Shown: positions 25,847 to 38,549 of the stretch, in pieces
Position numbering within the stretch: position 1 is the first letter of the stretch
How the letters are laid out: every line of letters starts with the position of its first letter
Assembly (NCBI RefSeq): GCF_006345805.1
Contig: NC_043005.1
Location: forward strand, 8,060,001-8,124,000
Reading direction: 5' to 3'
DNA: 64,000 nucleotides
From: Octopus sinensis
Lineage: Eukaryota
Made by a program: the position numbers and the translations under genes
Notes under the pieces: generated by a model
The model's input: the letters and a program-made list of their open reading frames with translations, nothing else
Database searches by the model: none
What the model was told of the DNA's origin: nothing

Positions 25847-26072
25847 AGAGAAATGGATAAGCTGTCCACATGATAGTAAAAAGTGTTATGAAAAATGACA
25901 CCACAGTAGATGAAATATTATGGAAGGCGGTAAAAAGCTCGGCATTGTTACACACAAGGTTCAGATGTTAATGAATATGGCAAATAGAAGTGGGAGAAAA
26001 AGTGGAATGGTCTGAGCGAAGAGTGGATTGGATGGAAGGAATGAGAAACAGCGGGAAAGGGCGAATGTGAGT

Positions 26073-26300
26073 GTTTGTTGGCAGAAACGTCAGCGCGCCG
26101 GGCGAAATGCGTAGCCGTATTTCGTCTGTCGTTACGTTCTGAGTTCAAATTCCGCCGAGGTCGACTTTGCCTTTCATCCTTTCGGGGTCGATTAAATAAA
26201 GTACCAGTTTCCAACTGGGGTCGATGTAATCGACTTAATCCCTTTGTCTGTCCTTGTTTGTCCCCTCTATGTTTAGCCCCTTGTGGGCAGTAAAGAAATA
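26073..26300 (+). mobile_element. SINE family B
   Basis: TGGCAGAAACG..GAGTTCAAATTCC (B-box) head; tail ..GTGGGCAGTAAAGAAATA. Confidence 0.9.
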
Positions 26301-27041
26301 TATTAACGGCCCGTTAGAAATAACAGGGAAAAATAGCAATTAAATGATGCCAGCCCAAACACGGGCTGCGTGTTTGTGTGACTGTGCATTATACGTGAAT
26401 AGCTATAGAATGGAAGAACTAACGTATGAAGATGCCAGTGGTGTGCATGTGTGCATGTGTGTATGTGTGTGCCTGTGCATATGTGAATTGTATTTGAGTA
26501 TGTGTGTGAAAAGGGTGATAGGGCGGTAGATGAATAGAGGTGTGCAATGTAAGTGTGTATGCATGTATAAGTGAAATATGTGTGTGTGTGTGCAGGGGTT
26601 GTGTGGCCGAAAGGAAATGCGCAGGGGTTCTGTGCGGTTCTGTGGAAGCTGTATTATTATGTGGGGCATGTATGGATGTAAGTGCGTATGCTTATGAGGT
26701 GTATGGTGTGGTTTATGGAGGAGAGCTGGGTGGGTATATGTAGTGGATGCAAGTGGGTCTCTGAGGGTTACAGGAGAGGAGAAGACACACAATAGATTAT
26801 AGTTATAAATATTTGTTCTCATAACGTTAGGGCAAATTAAAATAAAACCTAGTACCTAGAGCTGAGTAAAATTGAATATCCTGTTCAGACCACTTTACAT
26901 CTCATATGCTGTATTATTCGACATTACCAAAGCTTTCCTGATCAAGCACTCTCATGTGAGAAATGTCTTCAGGCAGGAAACTTTAAGTAATGAGGTATAC
27001 GGTGGTCTGACTGAAGAAGTAAACTTAACAAATACAAACAG

Positions 27042-27155
<114 letters not shown>

Positions 27156-27223
27156 CCTTCTCTGTCTATCTATCTTACTCTGTTTCTCTCTCTCTCTATT
27201 ATATATATATATATTATATATAT

Positions 27224-27269
<46 letters not shown>

Positions 27270-27799
27270 AATGCACTGGTACATATAACTGCAATTGGAA
27301 ATGATATTAAGCACCTTTCAATTAAATTTTCATTAAACAAAACAAAGCCAGCAGTTTCAATTAGGGTTTTTCATATGACGACATTTTTTCATTTCTTCAC
27401 AAAAGATAAAAAAGCGTCCGATCTCACCATGTTTTAATTGTTTAAGGGCATCTTATAAATTTGCATAATCACAAAGCATTTTGTGTGTGTGTGTGTGCTG
27501 AGGGAAATAAACCAGTTGTTTGAAGCGATGGAAATCTAATTAGAATGAATCCTGACAATATGGTTGTTGAAAGATATGATTTATTCTTCAGAAAATGAAG
27601 CCATTCATATTAAGTATTTTAAAATGAATGAAGAAATGCATATATCCTTTGAATACTCTCATGGATCAGTGAAATCGATGAGTCTAGTGTTTAGGTTAAA
27701 CATTCTTACATTCTTGCCTATTTGGAAAACATTGCGGAGAGGATTCCAGGATTGGGTGAAATGACTATTGTTGTGTTTTGGGATGAGGTAGATGATTAT

Positions 27800-28050
27800 T
27801 AGTGGAGACAATTGTTAATAGAGACGATACACAACTTGATAGTTCACAGGAGCAAGAATAGTTGCAAAAATAGTGGTGGAAGAGACGAGGAGAAATTATT
27901 CTGAGACCACGTTGTTTTCCAATCAGTCAAAGAGACTTGCATTGGATGTGTGTGTAGCCGTAGCATTATCCCTTTGAATGCGGCCTAGGACATTTGTTAT
28001 GTACCAGCAGTCTAGTTCCATGAATGTAGAAAGAACAACATTCATAATAT
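27800..28050 (-). mobile_element. Highly degenerate Tc1/mariner transposase remnant
   Basis: Minus strand ..CAAAGGGATAATGCT..ACACATCC.. resembles QQDNA.AHTS, followed by DWLENNV. Broken by indels. Confidence 0.35.
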
Positions 28051-28378
28051 TTGTAAAGGTGAATAAACCTGTTTTATTTTATTTTTGGCTTTAAAGAGAA
28101 ATCCTACCGTTTTCGGAAGGAGATTTTATAAGTGGTAGATATGACAAAACAAGTAGAACCATTTGTAAAAACTGTAAAAGGTAAAATATTTAGCTATGTG
28201 CTGTTTATGAGTTGAGAGGATAGAATGTGTTCTATTGTTCGATATAGAGTCTGCTTATTTTTCCTATTGAATGAGATTAAGTTGCCAACTTGTTTCGATT
28301 GTTATTTTCGAAGTGTTTGTTCATGGAAATAGAGCATCTTTGATGCGTGATCTTTGGGTAGCATGTGGAATTTAGTAT

Positions 28379-29033
28379 GAATTTAGACGCGTGCTTAGTG
28401 GTTTCTAACATGTCAAACATTGAAGCACATTTCGTTATAAAGTTTGATAGTGCTGAATGGGTGTTGCTGGTGGTGGCTTCAGTTAGTTAACTAATACATA
28501 TTACTATTTGGTTCACGATATAAAGCTTATCACAGACTGAAAGTCGTTTTCATTACGGTAATATGATAACTAAAGTGGAAGGAAAGTGAACAAAAATTGA
28601 AGTACTAATTACGAAGCTATCCGTGCTGGAGACTGATATACCTCAAGAGACAACATACTCGCAGCAAGACTCTAGAAAATCTGGCTCGATTTCGAGAGGT
28701 GAAAACACTGTATCTCAGAATGGTTATTTTGCATGTTTTGCAATGGTGGGTGAGTGCATCTTCATTGGTGGAAGTAAGTAACATCCTATGTGCTGTAAGC
28801 AAAGTTTCTGCTTAGACAAGTGCATCACAGTAATGTGTGTGCGTTTGTTAGGAGGAATGGGCTGAATGACCAATTTCCTAAGACATAATTGAATAAAGAA
28901 TTTAGACGCATGCTTTGAGGTTTCTAACATGTCAAACATTGAAACACATTTCGTTATAAAGTTTGATAGTTGCTGGTGGTGGCTTCAGTCAACTAATACA
29001 TATTACTATTTGGTTCACGATATAAACGTTTAT
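28379..29033. repeat. Pair of ~140-150-bp direct repeats (28379-28530, 28898-29033)
   Basis: GAATTTAGACGC.TGCTT..GGTTTCTAACATGTCAAACATTGAA.CACATTTCGTTATAAAGTTTGATAGT..GGTTCACGATATAAA occurs twice. Confidence 0.85.
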
Positions 29034-29404
29034 GGCAGCATGGTACGAGAAGGATTACATATATTACACAGGTTTGCGAAATGGAAGTTTGACAATTATT
29101 TTGATAATTGTGTGTTACTCTATAATTCAAAATGCCCCCCACCCACCTAAAGAAAAAGCTCTTTACCATTACTTAAGGTATTTTTAACAATTAAATGACA
29201 AAATATACCATAATATGTAGGTAAATCCACATATATAGGACAAAATGAAACTAATAAAAGCGAATTTGGTACTTTATTTAGGGAAAGAAAATGGCTCAAA
29301 TACAATTGAAAGGTGAAACAATAGATTTTTTATAAGGTTCAGTACTTCAAAATCTCTTCATTTTCACTTGGTGACTACGCCTGGAACTCTTTCGCTAGTG
29401 AGCT

Positions 29405-30799
29405 TTTGATGGACGCTCATGATGCAACATCCACCGACAGTCGGCCTATATACTAACATTCCATCTTCTCTGATATCTTCTCTCCATCTCTTTTATGTCT
29501 TGGTGAAACCTTTCCTCCTTCTCCTCACATCCCCCAAATTTTCCGGAAAGAAATCCAACTGGTCATGTAGGGAATGAACTTCAATGCTCATTTTACATCT
29601 TAAGGCCTCAAACCTTTCCAGCATTCTTCTCAGTAGTTTGGATTCTTGTGATTGCCCAACAAGATCTTCACCGCATCTTTAAAACTACTCTATAATCTTC
29701 TTCAGAATCACTAAAAGGGTTTTCAAATTTTCCATCTTTGACGAATTTTCTTATATCTGGTCCTAGAAACACATCCTTTTCCAGACTTGCCTTTAATAGG
29801 ACAATAAACTTGCTACACAAATACTTGAAACCCTCTCCATCCTGTGGGAAAGCTTTTACGAATTGCTTCACGAGGTCGAGTTTCATATGTAGGGGAGGCA
29901 ACAAAACCTTTTTTGGACTACCGAAACTTTTTCGAAGGACATTCTTTGTTCCTGGTGTAAGCGCATTCCTACTCGGCTGTTCTTTTTCAGACTAATGGAG
30001 GTTCCTGGCTCTACTGTGCCATTCACACATGAAACAAGGAAACTGTGTACAGTTCTATATTTAAGAGATGAGAAATTATGTATATTATTTACATTTGACG
30101 GATATTTGCCCCCATCTTTTTTGTTGTTAAGGAAACTATGTAATCTGACTGTTGTCCAAGCAGAATATAAATTATTTTCAAATCACCGCGAATCACCCAG
30201 TTGTCATCTCTAAATTTAACCTTGTGTAAGAGTGATACCAAATTTTCATGTCTCCCTCATGATCCCAGTGTCCAACAAGGATGAAGGCATATTTATTACC
30301 GTTATGCAGTAGAACAGCTTTAAGGCTTTCTTTGAAGAGTCAATAAAGAGTTTCCATTCATCAGAGCTGTAACTTATGCCATGCCGTCCCATTAATCCTG
30401 ATAAATCTATACAATAAACCAAATAATTTTCTTGAGCGAAATATGAAACAAATTATTTTTTACGGTTACGATACCAATACAATGGTGCACGAGGAACTAA
30501 AAGATAGTTGGATTTAAGTCTGGAAACTGAAAGCTCTGCTGACTCCCTGGAGAGCCCTAAGCCTCTCACTAGATCATTTAATTCACTCTGGTTGAGATCT
30601 TCACTGCAACTGAAGTTTTCGTTGTCATTGCTATTTCTGACTTATGACTCAGAACTCAAATACATGTCTTCTAATTTCACACCAAAGTAGGCGTAGTAAG
30701 CTATTTTGATAAACTGGGTAATGTTTGACAGTTCTTAGTCATGGACTCACCACAAATGTAGCAAAAGTTACCTGGGATTGCTGCACATCTAGAAGACAT
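29405..30799 (-). mobile_element. Chapaev3-type (CMC superfamily) transposase pseudogene, internally deleted
   Basis: Minus strand: MSSRCAAIPGNFCYICGE (ATG at 30799); NQSELNDLVRGLGLSRESAEL; EWKLFIDSSKK.LKAVLLHNGNKY; LPPLHMKLDLVKQFVKA; LDFFPENLG..ERFHQDIKEMERRYQ. The superfamily name comes from my recollection of these motifs. Confidence 0.75.
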
Positions 30800-31211
30800 C
30801 CTTGCTTCATATACTGTGGAGATCTTTTAGGAAAGAGAAAGGGGACAGGTTTTAACAGCATATATTTGATTTAACATCTGAGTGTATACATACACTGAAA
30901 TGTAACACATAATTCAGTAAGAGACCGAAAAAAGACAAGAAATAACTGAAATATTAAAAAAAAAGATACGTTTTAAAAAAGATGCGTTTAACCGTAGCAA
31001 CTTGACCTTGTAAAGCGCGTCTTTTTCTCCTCACTCCCGTAGCTGAAACGATCTAAACGTTGACAGATGTTAATTTGTCAAAATTACACCTATTAGCTAA
31101 ACTATGGTCTATTTAAATGTGGAAATTAATAGTAATAATAAAAGACAATAGACAAATTCGGGCATAATGCTTTTTTCACCGTTGTTATAATCATCTGATT
31201 TGGAACTGTCA

Positions 31212-31644
31212 ATGCGTGATATTCGAGCAATTTTGCTATTCAACTTCAAAAAAGGACGTAAAGGAGCTAAAATTGCTCGCGATATCAACGAAACGTTTGG
31301 TGAAGAAATGACCAGTGAAGGGTCAGCTCGAAAATAGTCTTAACGATTTCGCAGTGGAGACCTGAGCCTTGAAGACCGCGAGCGTAGTGGACGCCCATCT
31401 CTCATCGATGACAGTCAATTAAATACCGTCATTGAGAAAGATCGACGTAAAACCACTCGAGAACTGGTAAAAGGAGTTCAAGTTAGCCAGAAAACTGCCT
31501 GCAACCATTTGCATGCGATCGGAAAATGAAAAAGCTCGACAAATGGGTACCACACGATTTGAATGAAAATCAGAAAATGCGCAGATATGAATTTTGCTTG
31601 TCGCTTCTTCTTCGTAACCAGACCGATCCATTTCTCGACCGTAT
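31212..31644 (+). mobile_element. Mariner transposase N-terminal remnant
   Basis: MRDIRAILLFNFKKG..RFRSGDLSLEDRERSGRPS..KTTREL..KKLDKWVPHDLNENQKMRR (WVPHEL-type motif). Stops and a frameshift; ends at (TA)n. Confidence 0.9.
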
Positions 31645-31801
31645 ATATATGTATGTACGCATACATATACACTGATAGACACATATACACATATTCCTTT
31701 TAGTGTTATCTGTCGGAACAAAGAACGCTTAATATCATGGTAGAGATTAATAAATTTTACAGCAACTATAAACAACAAAGCGATTAATATCAAATTGGTT
31801 G

Positions 31802-31832
<31 letters not shown>

Positions 31833-32854
31833 TGTATGTATGTATGTATGTATGTATGTATGTATGTATGCATGTATGCATATGTGTGTGTATGTGTGTA
31901 TTAGCACATGTATGCATCATAAAAACAATAGAAAGATTTGTTTTTTTTAACAGTTGTTGGAAACACATTTCTAATGTTCGGATTCGATAAAATAAATTGC
32001 CACTCATACTCTGGATTGATATCGCCAATGTACGCTTCGTCTCAAAACTTATGACTGTACCTAAAATATCAATGTTTGTAACCGTTAGCTCTATTTTATG
32101 TATTCAATGCCTCCTCCCGGTATCCTCTAGTTAGAATGAAGTAAATAGAAAGTTTTGATTTGATTGAGATGACAACAGAGGTTGTATTGAAAATAAGGAG
32201 CTAATAAATCGAGTGTCCTACATAGTAAACATTTGGTTGTTACGAACAAGATTGTATATTCTTGTGAAAATACTTATATGAACCAGAAGTTTGAAGAGAC
32301 AGGTGTATAACGGTAAACTGATTAATGTAACTGGATGCATTTTAGGCTTAGTAATCAGCTGAAGGTTAGTGTTCTTGACATTTTTCAGATACCTCGAAAA
32401 TAGTGGAAGGAAGTTATCCTCAAGTCTGAAACTTAACTCGAATACATGCCGCAGAGAGAACTCCACAGGAGTCCAAGATCCAGGTCGAGATATTTTTTTT
32501 ACTTCGGTCTTCGGGTTATGTCTATCACGCAAGATGAGGAATGGCACCTTGGATCAACTTTTACACAGTTCACATTCAACACCTAAATTTCATTCAATGG
32601 ATTTGCTCGACTTGAAGCTATGGTAGAGAAAGTTGCCCAAAACGTCACGGTGTGGGATCAAACCCATACTATGTAGTTTGGAAGAAATTCATTTAACCGT
32701 AACACTACATCCGAAGCCAGTTATTTTTCTGCCAGCTAGCAGAATAGTTGCAGCCCATTAAATATACCATCAGATATTTTTTATATTTCTTTAGGTTCTT
32801 AGTTCAAACCCCATCGAGTTCAATTTTACCTTTCATTATTTGATAAAAAATACT

Positions 32855-33230
32855 GTGGAAGCACTTCGTCGGTTACGACGATGAGGGTTCCGGTTGATCC
32901 GAATCAACGGAACAGCCTGCTCGTGAAATTAACATGTAAGTGGCTGAGCACTCCACAGACACGTGTACCCTTAACGTAGTTCTCGGGGATATTCAGCGTG
33001 ACACAGAGAGTGACAAGGCCGGCCCTTTGAAATACAGGTACAACAGAAACAGGAAGTAAGAGTGAGAGAAAGTTGTGGTGAAAGAGTACAGCAGGGATCA
33101 CCACCATCCCCTGCCGGAGCCTCGTGGAGCTTTTAGGTATTTTCGCTCAATAAACACTCACAACGCCCGGTCTGGGAATCGAAACCGCGATCCTATGACC
33201 GCAAGTCCGCTGCGCTAACCACTGGGTCAT
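32855..33230 (-). mobile_element. SINE family C (tail type iii), near-identical to the 25454 copy
   Basis: Colinear with 25463-25835. TSD ATAAAAAATACT at 32843-32854 and 33241-33252. Confidence 0.92.
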
Positions 33231-34558
33231 TAAAAAATAAATAAAAAATACTATCAGTTAAGCGGTAAAGTCGATGATTTCGAGTAACTTCCACTACCAG
33301 ACATTTCTAGGATTGTGCCAAAATTAGCATCTTTTAGAGATTACTTACGCTTTTAGGTTGTATTTATGTTTTTACGGATTCTATTAAGTACTTTATTTTA
33401 TATTTAGAATTTGTCTGAAAATATATTAGAAATATTCGAATCACATTTTGGTGATTTGTGTGCGTTTAAGGGAGGTATAGACGGATATTTTAAGTACATG
33501 TACAACAGTGTGTATGCACACACACACATATACAAACACACACACACACACATACATGCACACTCACATGCATACGTGCATAGAAATATATACATATGTG
33601 TATATCGATTTATCGATCTACCCGCTTGACACTTTACTAATAAGACTGGACTCTAAGGAAATAAACTCACTGAATGATTTTTGGTGAAACTCTATATTTT
33701 CAGTTCGCAGAAACGAAGGGAAAATTTGTTAAAGATGGCGACGCGGTTTGTCAGACAAAAGATAGACATACACAAAGAAAATGAGAGAGCGAAAGGAAGA
33801 GAGAGAGAAAGAGGAATAAAATAAGAGAGAGAGAGAGAGAGGGGGAGAGCGGCAGACGATTGAGGAAGAGGCTTTCAGAAACATGTCTAAATAGTTGATA
33901 GGACTAGAAAGAAATTGGTTGAAACAGGCAGAGGGACACACAAAAAAAATAGGAACCGGACGGGGTTGAGCGGTTAACAAATAACAAAATAAAACATAGA
34001 TTAGTGCATATTAATAAACAGTGGAACAGTCTATCCCCACTGAGAGAAAGAGAGAGTGACAGAGAAAGAGTAAAGGAAAGATGAAGAGAGAGTGAAAGAG
34101 AAAGAGTAAGGGAAAGATGAAGAGAGAGAAAAGAGTGTAAGGGCAAGAGAGAAAGGTAGGAAAGATGAAGAGGGAGAGAGAAAAATGGAGAGAGAGAGAG
34201 AGAGAATCAGACACAAAGAAACATTTGTTACACAGAGGTAATGGGTCAGAACGTATTGATTTCTAAGATTGGCCCAATGCCATAGATCTATTGAATATGG
34301 CGAAAGAGAATGAGCTTTGTATATTAATTTAATCGATTCTAATAATTTAAATGGAGTATGCTTTATCGTCCTATCAGAAAGAAAAGCGAGGGGGATCCAG
34401 GCAAAGTCGATCTCAAACCTCAAACTCTAGCATCTCTATTACTGGATACTGTACCGATTTCGCACAACATTCACAGTGGAAATTATCAAACCAGTCAAAC
34501 ATAGAATCAGACAAGACACCATCTTATACTGTAAGAACAAAGAAACGAGAAATATATA

Positions 34559-34959
34559 TCTTTATACATAAAAGAGAGGTTGCGTGCTGTCTGTCTCCTA
34601 CGATTTAGATTCCTAACTACTCCCACATTTTGCGGTGCAGTTTAACCAAAGCCGGGTATCTTATAGTCGTTATTCATATCGAGCCCTTCTGGGTATTAGC
34701 ACGCGGCTACGATGAGTCTACGATTTAAAACAAAAATTACCATCATTTTTTTCCATTTTAATGCATTTTTTCGCAATTATATAAGGGAAGTAACTCTCTA
34801 AAAATGTCTACGATGAGTCAACGATTTAAAAAAAAAATTGCCATAATTTTTTTTCCATTTTTAATGCATTTTGTTGCTATTTTTTGGCTCTAACTCTCTA
34901 AAAATGCTTATATAGTTATTTCTCTTACAAACCCGAGCAACGCGGGGCGATACTGTTAG
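34559..34959 (+). mobile_element. Non-autonomous Helitron
   Basis: 5' TCTTTATACATAAAAG; 3' hairpin CCCG-AGCAACG-CGGG (34932-34946) then ..ACTGTTAG|T; sits between A and T. Confidence 0.8.
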
Positions 34960-35412
34960 TATATGTATAAAAATAAAAACAAAAGTAGAGAAGAAAAGGA
35001 GATAATAGTAAGATTTTCTTAAAGCTAAAGGAGACAAGCATTGAACATTGTGTGGCAAATATCACTGTGAGAATTGGTCAGAAGGTTAAGGTTGGAGCTC
35101 TAATTAACAAGAAACATTCCATGTAGTCCTGTAAATATGAAGTCATCGTTTCCATTCTTTCTGTTTTTTCCACCTTGTCTTTTCTGTCGTAGACACACTC
35201 AAACCCAAACTAATTGGCATATTTCTCTCTATGCTCCACTTCCTCTTGGTTATTTCTCTCCACCCTTTTTCCTTCCCATCTTCCCACCTCCCTGTTCTCT
35301 TGTGTCGTTCATTTCTAGCGCCCATTTCACCTAACATGGATTTCTCGCACAATCCGTCTGTCTGTCCGACTGGCTGCCTCTCTCTTTTTCTCTGTTGCAG
35401 TAATATATTTTA

Positions 35413-35809
35413 TTAGCAGTATCGCCCGGCGTTGTTCGGGTTTGTAAGGGAAATAACTATATAAGCATTTTTAGAGAGTTATAGCCAAAAAATAGCAAAA
35501 AATGCTTTAAAAATGGAAAAAAAATGAGGATAAATTTTTTAAAAATCGTTGACTCATCGTAGACATTTTTAGAGAGTTACTTCCCTTATATAATAGCGAA
35601 AAAAATGCATTAAAATGGAAAAAAATGATGGTAATTTTTTTAAAAAATCGTAGACACATCGTAGATGCGCGCTAATACCCAGAAGGGCTCGATATGAATC
35701 ACGACTATAAGATTCCCGGTTTTGGTTAAACTGCACCGCAAAATGTGGGAGTAGTTAGGAATCTAAATCGTAGGAGACAGACACACAACTTGACTTTTAT
35801 ATATAAAGA
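35413..35809 (-). mobile_element. Non-autonomous Helitron, same family, inverted relative to the 34559 copy
   Basis: Reverse complement of 34559-34959 along its full length; hairpin at 35425-35440. Confidence 0.8.
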
Positions 35810-36115
35810 TATTCAACTGTAATTCCATTCAATTCCTTTATACCCAAATTCTCACCTCTCATCTTCACCCTATTTTCTATTGCCGTTCATATGAAGCAAT
35901 TACATGTATAAAATAACACAAACAAATATGTAACACACCAACATGTAAGCACCAACATACATATATACAAAGACAAATACACTAATTTATCGAGATACAC
36001 ATTTATACGTATTTGTGCGCACCCATAAATACATGTGCACATAAGAATGTAAACATCACATCAGCGAAAATGTATATATTAGCGACAGAGGCAGTATTGA
36101 TACCAAAAGGTATTA

Positions 36116-36451
36116 CAGGGGTTGGACAAAATAATGGAAACGCCAAGCATCATAACATCATAATTTTGAAATATCTATAAAACCATCGAAATCTTGTTTA
36201 TTTTTATGTTTTTTTCATTTGTTATTAGTGTTGCTTAATATGTTTTGATAAATTGCTGTTTCTTTTCAGATATTATCAGAAAAAGGTAATTAAAATTAAT
36301 TAAAGTGACAGATCTATCAGACTTTCAAAGAGGTCAAATTGTTGGTGCTCGTATGGCAGGTGCTAGCGTAAGGAAAACAGCCGAAATGTTTGGTGTATCA
36401 AGAAGTACTGTCTCGAAAGTAATGACAGCTTTTGAGAAAGAGGGAAAAACG
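36116..36451 (+). mobile_element. Tc1-like element left end (TIR plus transposase start)
   Basis: TA|CAGGGGTTGGACAAAATAATGGAAAC; then TDLSDFQRGQIVGARMAGASVRKTAEMFGVSRSTVSKVMTAFEKEGK. Confidence 0.88.
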
Positions 36452-36807
36452 GCAATGTTACAATATGAGACAATATGACGGCAAAAAAACCCAGTCCTTC
36501 ATACTCTACCAACATGACAAAGATCAGCCTGGAGGAACACTGAATCAACTTGAGATTCGTATTTTATTGAGGTACCCGAAGGACCTGACACTCAGACAAG
36601 TACAAGAGTACCTCCTCACAAATGAAACAACCTCAGTATTAAGAAATATACGTAGAAGGTAGTCATACTCCAATACTGAATAGTTTATATGTAAACAGGT
36701 AGAGTTGTTAATAGACTGTTATGTAGACGTATATACATATATGTATATGTGTATGCATATATGTGTATAGATGTATAGATGTATAGATGTATATATATAT
36801 ATATAAT

Positions 36808-36854
<47 letters not shown>

Positions 36855-37069
36855 CAATTGCAGCGTTGAAGGTGTTTGTAAGCCATTTAAGAAACACACA
36901 AAAGCCGTTCGATTCACTTCAACATTTAAGTTTAATTTGTCAAAATATTTTCGTCGCTAAAATCTGCGACCTGTTCACTGACAAAAATCCGTGCTGCATC
37001 TCCACGCTGTAATTGTTTTCGTTTCAGCACACGATCTCAGATCAAATCACTTGCTATGCGAGTACTTCT

Positions 37070-37137
<68 letters not shown>

Positions 37138-37376
37138 CTGTGTGTGTGTGTAGGTAAATGGATAAATAAGCAAACAGATAAACAGCTGGATAGGTACACA
37201 GGTAATACGGACAGACAAGCACACACACATACACATACAAATGAAGACTGAAGCACATAACCATATATACACACATGCACACTTCACACGCGCGCACATA
37301 CAAACATACAAGCATGAACACACAAACACATAGATATGCAGATTACATATATACATATATACACACACGCACATAC

Positions 37377-37410
<34 letters not shown>

Positions 37411-38322
37411 ATACGTATGTGTGTGTTTCTATATGTATACGGTAAGTGAGAAGACGGTGGTGGAAGCGTAGAATGGATAAGCGCCGAATTAGTTCTCGGA
37501 CTGATGGAATTTAAAATCTCATTTCTAAATTAGGGTGAGGTTGCCCAGGAGAACAAGCACTGGCATTAAGGAATATTAAGCTCCGGAGGGTAATAAAGCG
37601 AACAGATGCATTTTCATAAATACAGATAGCAAGAATTCATTTATATGAAATGTTACATGTATAAACATCAGAGAATGAACATAAATCTTTACAGCTGTTT
37701 CAATGAGGCTACCCACGTTTGATGTTATAAAACATTAGGTAAACATGTGCACATAATGAGGCAATATCACCAAGCAAATAAACAAAAATATTATCAACTT
37801 GTATGAAGCCTGATATGTATCTTTATGCGAGGATGAATGGATTTTAAAATATTTTGGTTCATACTTGTTTTTTGTAATATTGACTCCTTACATACAACGG
37901 GTTGCATGACATGCATTATGACATCAAGCATTCGCTGAACCTTAGAATAGCAATAAAGGACTATATTCCTCTTGTAGCATTCATATGCATAATACCTTAT
38001 GTAAGTGATTTCCTGCCATCCATTATTGCTTGTCTATACTTTCTCTTTACACACATACGCACAAACATATTTGTATTCGCAAATATGTGTATGCTTATGT
38101 GTATATATATGTATATATATATATATATACATACACACACACATATATATTTATATATATATGGGTATGTGTGTAGGTATTGAATAATGCATCAAGGGTC
38201 TCAGTGAAATATTATTATCAATGAATTTCAATCTTAATATATAGTCCCACCATCAGTAAAAGTTATATTGTTTTTAAAAAATGATCCAGAATACCAGGGC
38301 ATACGTACGTACATACAGACGC

Positions 38323-38353
<31 letters not shown>

Positions 38354-38379
38354 TGTATGTATGTATATATGTATATGCC

Positions 38380-38411
<32 letters not shown>

Positions 38412-38413
38412 TA

Positions 38414-38461
<48 letters not shown>

Positions 38462-38549
38462 ATACACAAACACACGCACACTCTCTCTCTCTCACACATA
38501 CACACACATATATGTATGTATAGGTACTCATACATACATTTATTTATTA

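Noticed and set aside
32150-32640. Possible CR1-type RT remnant on the minus strand
   Set aside because: Only vague motif resemblance; too degenerate to support.
36895-37010. Minus-strand GTCGC..GCGAC-GAAA stem as a hammerhead
   Set aside because: The upstream core reads GTGAACAG and the putative cleavage position is G, so it does not meet the consensus.
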